32,000 nt of DNA. It comes from Pseudodesulfovibrio mercurii (GTDB lineage: Bacteria > Desulfobacterota > Desulfovibrionia > Desulfovibrionales > Desulfovibrionaceae). Position 1 is the first letter of the stretch. Each line of letters begins with the position of its first letter. Shown in pieces: positions 7,949 through 14,779 of this stretch. A program made the translations under genes and the position numbers. Location: NCBI RefSeq assembly GCF_000189295.2, contig NC_016803.1:840001-872000 (forward strand), read 5' to 3'. Below the pieces are notes generated by a model. It was not told where the DNA came from and did not search any database. It saw only the letters and a program-made list of their open reading frames with translations.

Positions 7949-10084
7949 ATGGGTAAATACACCATCGGCATCGCGGGCAATCCGAACTGCGGCAAGACCA
8001 CCATGTTCAACGCCCTGACCGGGGCGCGGCAGCACGTGGCCAACTGGCCCGGCGTGACCGTCGAAAAGAAGATCGGCCACATCCACACGGGGGCCGACGA
8101 CGTGGAGCTCGTGGACCTGCCCGGCACCTATTCCCTGACCGCCTACACCCAGGAGGAGCTGGTCGCCCGGAACTTCCTGGTGGAGGACCGTCCCCAGGCG
8201 GTCATCGACATCATGAACGCCGACGCGCTCGAACGGAACCTCTACCTGGCCGTGCAGATTTTGGAGCTCGGCGTGCCCCTCATCCTCGGCCTGAACATGA
8301 TGGACGAGGTGCGCAAGTCCGGCAAACGCATCGACAGCGCGCGCCTGGAGGAGCTGTCCGGCTGCGCCGTGGTCGAGACCGTGGCCCGCTCGGGACAGGG
8401 AGCCCAGGAGCTGCTCCGCTCGACCATCGAGGTGGCCGAGAAGCACACCGGCGAGTGGAAGCCCCTGAACATCTCCTACGGCCCGGACCTCGACCCGGTC
8501 CTGCGCGAGATGGAGACGATCATCCGCGAGGCCGGGTTCCTGACCGACAAGGCGCCCGCCCGCTGGACCGGCATCAAGTACCTCGAACGCGACGAGGACG
8601 TCATCATCAAGGGCCGCATGGCCAACACCGCGCTCTCGGACAGGCTCGAGGCCATGGCCCGCGAGGTGGCCGACCACACCCAGAAGACCCTGAACATGCG
8701 GCCCGACGCGCTCATCGCCGACTACCGCTACGGGTTCATCGCCGCCATGATCAAGGACGTGGTCACCTACCCCGCCTCCAGCGCCGACCGCATCAGCCGG
8801 TCCGACAAGATGGACAAGGTCCTGACCCACCGGTTCCTCGGCCCTCTGATCATGCTCGGCATCGTCTATCTCATCTACGAGGTGACCTTCACCGTGGGCG
8901 AGATCCCCATGGGCTGGCTGGAATCCCTGTTCGGCCTGCTCGGCGACACGGCCACCCGGCTCATCCCCGAGGGGCACCTGCAATCGCTCATCGTCTCCGG
9001 CATCATCGACGGCGTGGGCGGCGTGCTCGGCTTCGTGCCGCTGATCATGTTCATGTTCCTGATGATCTCGGCCCTGGAGGACTCCGGCTACATCGCCCGC
9101 ATGGCCTACATGCTCGACCGCATCTTCAAGGTCTTCGGCCTGCACGGCACCTCGGTGCTGCCCTTCATCGTCTCCGGCGGCATCGCGGGCGGCTGCGCCG
9201 TGCCCGGCGTCATGGCCACCCGCACCCTGCGCTCGCCCAAGGAGAAACTGGCCACCCTGTTCGTCACCCCGTACATGACCTGCGGGGCCAAGGTGCCCGT
9301 CTTCCTCATGCTCGCCGCCGCCTTCTTCCCCGAGGACTCGGCCACCATCATGCTGGTCATCACCCTGTCCGCCTGGGCCATGGCCCTGCTCGTGGCCCGG
9401 CTGCTGCGCTCCACGGTCATCCGTGGCGCGTCCACCCCGTTCGTCATGGAGCTGCCGCCCTACCGCATGCCCACCCTCCAGGGCGTGCTCATCCACACCT
9501 GGGAGCGGACCTGGGAATACGCCAAGAAGGCCGGCACCGTGATCCTGGGCATCTCCATCCTCATCTGGGCCATGATGACCTTCCCCGAACTGCCCGCCGA
9601 CCGCGTGGCCCAGTACGAGGCACAGCGCGCCGCGGCGCAGAGCGAGGAGCAGGTCACCGCCATCGACAACGCCCAGGCCGAGGAGGCCGTCCGCCACACC
9701 CTCGCGGGCCGCATCGGCACCGCCCTGGAACCCGTCACCGAGCTGGCGGGCTTCAACTGGCGCGTGAACATCGCCCTGACCGGCGGCTTCGCGGCCAAGG
9801 AAGTGATCGTCTCCACCCTGGGCACGGCCTACTCCCTGGGCGAGGTTGACGCCGAGGAATCCCAGCCCCTGTCCGACCGGCTGGTGGCCGACCCGGCCTT
9901 CTCCCCGGCCACGGCCATCGCCCTGATCATCTTCACCATGCTCTACGCGCCCTGCTTCGTCACCGTGGTCACCATGGCCCGCGAATCCAGCTGGCGCTGG
10001 GCCGCCTTCAGCGTGGTCGGCTCCACCACCCTGGCCTTCGTCATGGCCGTCCTCGCCTACAACGTCTCCAAGGCGTTCCTGTAG
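7949..10084 (+). CDS. feoB: Ferrous iron transporter FeoB (N-terminal GTPase + Gate/FeoB_C membrane domain)
   Basis: GGAGGA SD 8 nt upstream. G1 motif GNPNCGKTT and G3 motif DLPG. Long polytopic C-terminal part with Gate-type repeats. Confidence 0.95.
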   Translation: MGKYTIGIAGNPNCGKTTMFNALTGARQHVANWPGVTVEKKIGHIHTGADDVELVDLPGTYSLTAYTQEELVARNFLVEDRPQAVIDIMNADALERNLYLAVQILELGVPLILGLNMMDEVRKSGKRIDSARLEELSGCAVVETVARSGQGAQELLRSTIEVAEKHTGEWKPLNISYGPDLDPVLREMETIIREAGFLTDKAPARWTGIKYLERDEDVIIKGRMANTALSDRLEAMAREVADHTQKTLNMRPDALIADYRYGFIAAMIKDVVTYPASSADRISRSDKMDKVLTHRFLGPLIMLGIVYLIYEVTFTVGEIPMGWLESLFGLLGDTATRLIPEGHLQSLIVSGIIDGVGGVLGFVPLIMFMFLMISALEDSGYIARMAYMLDRIFKVFGLHGTSVLPFIVSGGIAGGCAVPGVMATRTLRSPKEKLATLFVTPYMTCGAKVPVFLMLAAAFFPEDSATIMLVITLSAWAMALLVARLLRSTVIRGASTPFVMELPPYRMPTLQGVLIHTWERTWEYAKKAGTVILGISILIWAMMTFPELPADRVAQYEAQRAAAQSEEQVTAIDNAQAEEAVRHTLAGRIGTALEPVTELAGFNWRVNIALTGGFAAKEVIVSTLGTAYSLGEVDAEESQPLSDRLVADPAFSPATAIALIIFTMLYAPCFVTVVTMARESSWRWAAFSVVGSTTLAFVMAVLAYNVSKAFL

Positions 10085-10105
10085 CCCGGCGAAAAACACA
10101 CCTTC

Positions 10106-10136
10106 AAAGGGAGCCCCTCGGGGCTCCCTTTTTTTG
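10106..10136 (+). terminator. Rho-independent terminator of feoB
   Basis: GGGAGCCCC (10109-10117) / GGGGCTCCC (10120-10128) stem followed by T7 (10129-10135). Confidence 0.85.
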
Positions 10137-10138
10137 TT

Positions 10139-10254
10139 GCCTCCGGCGGCCGGGGGAAGGGGGAGGGGAAACCCTTTGAAAAGGGCTTTCCCCTCCCCCT
10201 TCCCCCGGACCCCCTTCCCCCTTCCCTTCCTAAACTTTTTATCGCCGCTTCGCG
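10139..10254 (+). repeat. Intergenic repeat family, copy A (head - long purine/pyrimidine hairpin - tail)
   Basis: Head GCCTCCGGCGGCC. Near-perfect hairpin CCGGGGGAAGGGGGAGGGGAAACCCTTT GA AAAGGGCTTTCCCCTCCCCCTTCCCCCGG (10150-10208). Tail CCCTTCCTAAACTTTTTATCGCCGCTTCGCG. Head and tail recur at 12815 and 21628. Confidence 0.85.
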
Positions 10255-10410
10255 AAGGGCGGTGGTTGGCGGGGGTGTGTGCGTCTTTGCGTGACGAAGA
10301 CAGGGAAGGAGTGTTGAGGAAGGGATGCGGGATGGCGACAAAAAGGGTGGAAGGACCCTTTTCTTTTGCGGAAGCATACCCTATCCTCCGCACGGTAAAG
10401 GAGCCCCGCC

Positions 10411-11376
10411 GTGGCGAAACTGTTCACGACCCTCAAGGCCATCTTCCACGAAACCGTAGACGCCTGCCTGCAACTGTTCAAGATCATGATTCCGGTGCTC
10501 GTCCTGGTCAAAATCCTCCAGGAATTCGGCCTGATCAAGTACCTGGCCTGGCCCCTGGAGCCGGTCATGGGCGTGCTCGGGCTGCCCGCCGAGATGGGGC
10601 TGGTCTGGGCCACCACCCTGATCAACAACATCTACACCGGCATGATCGTCCTGGCCTCGTTCACCGGCGACGCGCCCCTGACCTCGGCCCAGGCCACGGT
10701 CCTCGGCGTGCTCATGCTCGTGGCCCACGGCCTGCCCGTGGAGACCGCCATCGCGGACCGCTCCGGGGCGCGCTTCCTGTTCCAGTGCTGTGTGCGCATG
10801 GCCGGGGCCTTTGTCCTGGCCTGGCTGCTCCACCTGATCTACTCGGCCACCGGCACCCTGAGCGGCCCGGCGGTCATGCTCTTCAAGACCGACCCCACGG
10901 CCGGGACCGGCTCCATAGCCGCCTGGGCCCTGGGCCAGGTCCGCAACCTGGCGTCCATCTTCTGCATCATCTTCACCCTGATCACCATCATGCGCGTGCT
11001 CCGCGCCGTGGGGGCCATCGACCTCATGAACCGCGTCCTGCGGCCCGTGCTCGACCTCATCGGCATCGGGCCCAAGGCCTCGGCCATCACCGTCATCGGC
11101 CTGACCATGGGGCTGTCCTACGGCGGCGGGCTGATCATCGGCGAGGCCCGCAACGGGGCCCTGAGCCGGGAGGACGTCTTCTATTCCCTGACCTTCATGG
11201 GCTTGTGCCACTCGCTCATCGAGGATACCCTGCTGATCATACTCATCGGCGGGCACCTGAGCGGCGTGCTCTGGGGACGGCTCCTGTTCGCCGTGCTGGC
11301 CATGGCCGCCATCGTCCAGATCGTCCGCCACGTGCCCGAAAGGGTGCGCACCGCCTACCTGTGGGCCGACAAATAA
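10411..11376 (+). CDS. Nucleoside-recognition (Gate) domain membrane protein
   Basis: GTG start with AAAGGAG SD 7 nt upstream. Polytopic. KILQEFGLIKYLAWPLEPVMGVLGLPAEMGLVWATTLI resembles the Gate-domain segment of FeoB (LEDSGYIARMAYMLDRIFKVFGLHGTSVLPFIV). Confidence 0.7.
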   Translation: MAKLFTTLKAIFHETVDACLQLFKIMIPVLVLVKILQEFGLIKYLAWPLEPVMGVLGLPAEMGLVWATTLINNIYTGMIVLASFTGDAPLTSAQATVLGVLMLVAHGLPVETAIADRSGARFLFQCCVRMAGAFVLAWLLHLIYSATGTLSGPAVMLFKTDPTAGTGSIAAWALGQVRNLASIFCIIFTLITIMRVLRAVGAIDLMNRVLRPVLDLIGIGPKASAITVIGLTMGLSYGGGLIIGEARNGALSREDVFYSLTFMGLCHSLIEDTLLIILIGGHLSGVLWGRLLFAVLAMAAIVQIVRHVPERVRTAYLWADK

Positions 11377-11396
11377 CCCGCGACAAGGAGAACAAC

Positions 11397-11780
11397 ATGT
11401 CCGATATCCAGCTCATCCACACCGACAAGGCCCCGGCCGCCGTGGGTCCCTACTCCCAGGCCACCGCCGTGAACGGCACCCTGTACGTGTCCGGCCAGCT
11501 CGGCATCATCCCGTCCGAAGGCAAGCTGGCCGAGGGCTTCAAGGCCCAGACCCGCCAGGCCCTGGAGAACCTGAAGGCCATCCTCGAAGAGGCCGGATCG
11601 TCGCTCGACAAGGTCATGGCCGTGGACGTGTTCATCATGGACATGGGCCGGTTCGCCGACCTCAACGCCATCTACGCCGAGTACTTCTCCGCCCACAAGC
11701 CCGCGCGCGCCGCGGTCCAGGTGGCCGCCCTGCCCCTGGGCGGACTGGTCGAGTTCAAGTGCACGGCCGTCATCGACTAG
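11397..11780 (+). CDS. ridA: RidA/YjgF/TdcF-family reactive intermediate deaminase
   Basis: AAGGAG SD. 127 aa. TDKAPAAVGPYSQA...GTLYVSGQ and C-terminal AARAAVQVAALPLGGLVEF are typical of the family. Only the last 127 codons of ORF 10134..11780 are credible. Confidence 0.9.
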   Translation: MSDIQLIHTDKAPAAVGPYSQATAVNGTLYVSGQLGIIPSEGKLAEGFKAQTRQALENLKAILEEAGSSLDKVMAVDVFIMDMGRFADLNAIYAEYFSAHKPARAAVQVAALPLGGLVEFKCTAVID

Positions 11781-11802
11781 CTGCGCGCCGCGAAATCTCC
11801 GC

Positions 11803-11832
11803 TTGACAGTTCTCGCGCAAAACGGCTACCTC
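11803..11832 (+). promoter_or_regulatory. Possible promoter of the aroA' leader
   Basis: TTGACA 11803-11808 and, after 18 nt, TACCTC 11827-11832. The -10 is weak. It would place the transcription start close to ATG 11839. Confidence 0.3.
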
Positions 11833-11838
11833 TGACGC

Positions 11839-11913
11839 ATGCACAGCAACACCGCCCGTTTCTTTTTCTTTTTTAGCTTTATCAGGAACGCCTGCGGTCT
11901 TGGTGTGCGCTAG
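11839..11913 (+). CDS. Phe-rich leader peptide MHSNTARFFFFFSFIRNACGLGVR (attenuator sensor ORF)
   Basis: ATG 11839 to TAG 11911-11913, read directly. Codons 8-12 are TTC TTT TTC TTT TTT and codon 14 is TTT. Too short for the ORF track. Lies between ridA and an aromatic-pathway gene and is followed by alternative helices. Confidence 0.6.
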   Translation: MHSNTARFFFFFSFIRNACGLGVR

Positions 11914-11951
11914 TCAATAAACAACGAAGAACAAACCAAGAGGCCGCGGGC
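11890..11951 (+). promoter_or_regulatory. Putative antiterminator helix
   Basis: GCCTGCGGTCTTGG (11890-11903) can pair with CCAAGAGGCCGCGGGC (11936-11951): 6 bp, a 2-nt bulge, then 8 bp including one G-U. This sequesters the 5' arm of the terminator. Confidence 0.5.
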
Positions 11952-11975
11952 AAAGTCCGCGGCCTCTTTCTTTTC
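11938..11975 (+). terminator. Intrinsic terminator / attenuator upstream of aroA'
   Basis: Perfect 12-bp stem AAGAGGCCGCGG (11938-11949) / CCGCGGCCTCTT (11957-11968) with a 7-nt loop, followed by TCTTTTC. Lies 40 nt before the aroA' start, so it is not at the end of any gene. Confidence 0.8.
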
Positions 11976-12013
11976 GGGCCGCGCCGCAGCCGGAACCAGC
12001 AAGGAGCAACGCC

Positions 12014-12805
12014 ATGCATCTCGGAAAAGCCATTCGGATGGAACGGATCATGAACCGCAACGACGGCCGGACCATCGTAGTCCCCCTGGACCACGGCGTG
12101 ACCGTGGGCCCCATCTACGGCATCGTGGACCTGCGCGAGACCGTCAACCAGGTGGCAGAGGGCGGGGCCAACGCCGTGCTCATGCACAAGGGCATTCCCC
12201 GCTGCTCCCACCGCGCGGGCGGCAAGGACATCGGCCTGATCATCCACCTGTCCGCGTCCACCTCGCTCTCGCCCTTCCCCAACGCCAAGACCATGGTCGG
12301 CACCGTGACCGACGCCCTCAAGCTCGGCGCGGACGCCGTGTCCATCCACGTCAACCTCGGCGACGAGACCGAGCCGCAGATGCTCGCCGACCTCGGCAGG
12401 CTCTGCTTCGAGGCCGCCGAATGGGGCATGCCCGTGCTGGCCATGATGTACGCGCGCGGCCCCAAGATCAAAAACGAGTACGACCCGCAGGTTGTGGCCC
12501 ATTGCGCCCGCGTGGGCGTGGAGCTCGGCGCGGACATCGTCAAGGTCAACTACACCGGCGACCCCGAATCCTTCGCCCGCGTGGTCGAGGGATGCTGCGT
12601 GCCCGTGGTCATCGCGGGCGGCCCCAAGCTCGACTCCGAACGCGACCTCGTCCAGATGGTCTACGACTCCATCCAGGCGGGCGGCTCCGGCCTGTCCGTG
12701 GGCCGGAACATCTTCCAGCACCCCCACCCGGCCAAGATCGTGGCCGCCCTCAACAAGGTCGTCCACGAAAACTGGACCGTCGACGCCGCCATGGAGCTGC
12801 TGTAG
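12014..12805 (+). CDS. aroA': Class I aldolase of the DeoC/LacD superfamily, 2-amino-3,7-dideoxy-D-threo-hept-6-ulosonate synthase type (MJ0400-like AroA')
   Basis: AAGGAG SD 7 nt upstream. [33 protein letters not shown] and DIVKVNYTG (Schiff-base Lys context) blocks match the archaeal-type aro aldolase found in Desulfovibrio. Confidence 0.8.
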   Translation: MHLGKAIRMERIMNRNDGRTIVVPLDHGVTVGPIYGIVDLRETVNQVAEGGANAVLMHKGIPRCSHRAGGKDIGLIIHLSASTSLSPFPNAKTMVGTVTDALKLGADAVSIHVNLGDETEPQMLADLGRLCFEAAEWGMPVLAMMYARGPKIKNEYDPQVVAHCARVGVELGADIVKVNYTGDPESFARVVEGCCVPVVIAGGPKLDSERDLVQMVYDSIQAGGSGLSVGRNIFQHPHPAKIVAALNKVVHENWTVDAAMELL

Positions 12806-12814
12806 GCAAGGAAT

Positions 12815-12980
12815 GCCTCCGGCGGCCGGGGAGAGGAGAGGGAAACCCTTTGAAAAGGGTTGTCCCTCTCCCCTATCGCGGCTGTCGCCATCTCTAAGGC
12901 TCGAAGACTCGCCAAGAGCTGCCGCTCCCCCGGCCCCCCATCCCCTCTCCCTTCCTAAACTTTCTGGCGCCGCTTCGCGG
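12815..12980 (+). repeat. Intergenic repeat family, copy B
   Basis: Starts 10 nt after the aroA' stop. Head GCCTCCGGCGGCC. Imperfect hairpin 12828-12873 around AAACCCTTTGAAAAGGGTT. About 50 nt of extra sequence, then tail CCCCCGGCCCCCCATCCCCTCTCCCTTCCTAAACTTTCTGGCGCCGCTTCGCG. Confidence 0.8.
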
Positions 12981-13080
12981 GGTGCAAGGGAGATGGGAAG
13001 GCCTGTCGCCTTGCCTGACGATATGCGAAGAGAAAGATTTGACCGCAATAAAGCACGGCCAAACGCGAACGCACGCCCCT

Positions 13081-13167
13081 GCCGAAGGCACACAAAAAGT
13101 TTGGGAGATTCTTAAGAACCTTTTTCAAAAGGTTCTTAAGCCGTCGGAGACGCCCCGCCGGCGAGGC
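13081..13167 (-). repeat. Intergenic repeat family, diverged inverted copy D with perfect 14-bp hairpin
   Basis: Minus strand reads GCCTCGCCGGCGGGG...CTTAAGAACCTTTT GA AAAAGGTTCTTAAG...CTCCCAAACTTTTTGTGTGCCTTCGGC, i.e. the same head/hairpin/tail order. Starts 12 nt after the stop of the minus-strand Hpt gene. The hairpin (13111-13140) probably acts as a bidirectional terminator. Confidence 0.6.
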
Positions 13168-13178
13168 GCGCTTCCGTC

Positions 13179-13487
13179 CTAGCCGTCGAATTCGACCTGG
13201 ACGGTGTCGAGGTAATGGGCGAGAGTGTTCATGTGCCGTTCCAACGCGCCGGGATCGCGCTGCTGGGCGGCCAGCTCGATGTCGTGGCCGATGCGGCCCA
13301 TGCCCTTGAACCCGTACCCGCTGCCGGTGCCGCGAGTGGTGTGACCCAGCCGGACCAGGGTTTCGAAATCCCGGACGTTCAGGGCGTCGCGCATCTGTTC
13401 GAGGTCCTGTCGCGACACGGCAAAGAACCGATCCAGCAATTGCTCCAGATCGGGCGGTATCCGCTCGACTTCCGGGTACTCGGGCAT
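13179..13487 (-). CDS. Hpt (histidine phosphotransfer) domain protein
   Basis: ATG 13487 has an AAGGAA SD 9 nt upstream; the ORF-track start at 13511 is a GTG without SD. All-helical, about 100 aa, with LGHTTRGTGSGYGF resembling the Hpt HxxKG phospho-His motif. Confidence 0.5.
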   Translation of the reverse strand: MPEYPEVERIPPDLEQLLDRFFAVSRQDLEQMRDALNVRDFETLVRLGHTTRGTGSGYGFKGMGRIGHDIELAAQQRDPGALERHMNTLAHYLDTVQVEFDG

Positions 13488-13522
13488 GGGTCTATTTCCT
13501 TGGTGCAGCACGCTGCACTTGG

Positions 13523-13551
13523 TTGAACATGTGAAAATCCGAACGTATAAT
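13523..13551 (+). promoter_or_regulatory. Near-consensus sigma70 promoter of mltC
   Basis: TTGAAC 13523-13528, 17-nt spacer, TATAAT 13546-13551. Confidence 0.65.
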
Positions 13552-13609
13552 CCAGGCGGACATTAAGGATCACCGAAACACTGTCAAACAAATTATTCAT
13601 TATAACGAT

Positions 13610-14767
13610 ATGACACCAAGGATTCTTCTTCTGGCCCTGCTCTGCCTGCTGGGCGCCTGTTCCCGATACGACGCGGTGCGCATCGCCCGGGCTGCGGCCA
13701 CGGGCAGCCCGACGGCTGCGGCCGAAGCCCTGGCCAGGGACAAGGCCATCGGCTACGCCACCAATCCCGCCGCCATCGGCAACGACCTGAAAAGCTTCCA
13801 GAAGCTTGTCCAGAACTTCATCGAAACCGTGACCGGCGTCTGGGGCGAGGACGACGTCCGGATGCCCGCGCCCAAACAATACGTCAAGTACACTGACAAT
13901 TATCTTTCGCGGGCCAGTGTGGACTTCGACACCGGGGTCATCGTGGTCGAGACCGTGGCCGACAAGGAGCCGCTCATGAGCCTGCGCAACGCCATCGTGA
14001 CCACCCTGCTCACCCCCGGCGACCCGCGCGCCGTGGACCTCTATTCGGCCAGGACCGTGGAGCTCGGGGAGACCCCGTTCCTGCTGGGCGAGGTCAAGGA
14101 CGCGGACGGCAAGGACATCCGCTGGGCGTGGCGGGCCGAACGGTACGCCGACCATCTCATCAAGAACGACCTGCGCACGCGCGAGGTCAAGGGCAGGACC
14201 GCCCGCTCCGTGAGCTTCCACATGATCCGGGACCACCTCACGGTGCGCGCGGCCAAGTACCGGGAGCTGGTGGAGAAGACCGCCGAGCGGTTCGCGGTCA
14301 GCCGCAACCTGGTCTACGCGATCATGAAGGTGGAGTCGGACTTCAACCCGTTCGCGGTCAGTCAGGCTTCGGCCGTGGGGCTGATGCAGGTGGTCCCGTC
14401 CACGGCGGGCGGCGACGTCTACCGCCTGCTGCACGGCAGGGCCGGGGAGCCGTCGCGCGGGGACCTCTTCGAGCCGCCGACCAACATCGTCTACGGCACG
14501 GCCTACCTGCACCTGCTCGACACCCGCTTCCTGGGCGGGGTCAAGGACCCGGTGTCCAGGGAGTACTGCGTCATCGCCGGGTACAACGGCGGCGCGGGCG
14601 GAGTGCTCAAGACCTTCGACGGGGACAGGACCCGCGCGGTGAAAAAGATCAACGCCCTGCCGCCCGCCGGGGTCTACGACACCCTGCGCCGGGGACTTCC
14701 CTTCGAGGAGACGAAACGATATCTTGGCAAGGTTCTTGAAGCCAAGAAGGAATTCGTCAACTTCTAG
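13610..14767 (+). CDS. mltC: Membrane-bound lytic murein transglycosylase lipoprotein (MltC-like)
   Basis: Signal peptide with lipobox LLGAC. C-terminal SLT domain with catalytic Glu block AIMKVESDFNPFAVSQASAVGLMQVVPSTAG and AGYNGG. Confidence 0.85.
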   Translation: MTPRILLLALLCLLGACSRYDAVRIARAAATGSPTAAAEALARDKAIGYATNPAAIGNDLKSFQKLVQNFIETVTGVWGEDDVRMPAPKQYVKYTDNYLSRASVDFDTGVIVVETVADKEPLMSLRNAIVTTLLTPGDPRAVDLYSARTVELGETPFLLGEVKDADGKDIRWAWRAERYADHLIKNDLRTREVKGRTARSVSFHMIRDHLTVRAAKYRELVEKTAERFAVSRNLVYAIMKVESDFNPFAVSQASAVGLMQVVPSTAGGDVYRLLHGRAGEPSRGDLFEPPTNIVYGTAYLHLLDTRFLGGVKDPVSREYCVIAGYNGGAGGVLKTFDGDRTRAVKKINALPPAGVYDTLRRGLPFEETKRYLGKVLEAKKEFVNF

Positions 14768-14779
14768 TCATCGCGAGCC

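Noticed and set aside
10341-10366. AAAAGGGT-ggaagg-ACCCTTTT hairpin with CTTTT as a second feoB terminator
   Set aside because: The stem is AT-rich and short, and nothing upstream needs it after the strong terminator at 10106. I kept it only as a note because it may belong to the repeat's downstream module.
7925-10393. 822-aa minus-strand ORF antisense to feoB
   Set aside because: Shadow ORF with G/D/H/R-rich composition and no motifs. feoB on the plus strand is unambiguous.
10134-11396. N-terminal 421 codons of ORF 10134..11780, and ORFs 10057..10377 and 10239..10631
   Set aside because: They run through the intergenic repeat and out of frame across the Gate-domain gene, giving P/R/G-rich sequence. 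Only the RidA part from ATG 11397, which has an SD, is credible.
11860-11880. T-rich run read as the T-tract of a ridA terminator
   Set aside because: No GC-rich hairpin precedes it. The run is in frame as Phe codons of an ATG-to-TAG ORF, and a real terminator lies 60 nt further downstream.
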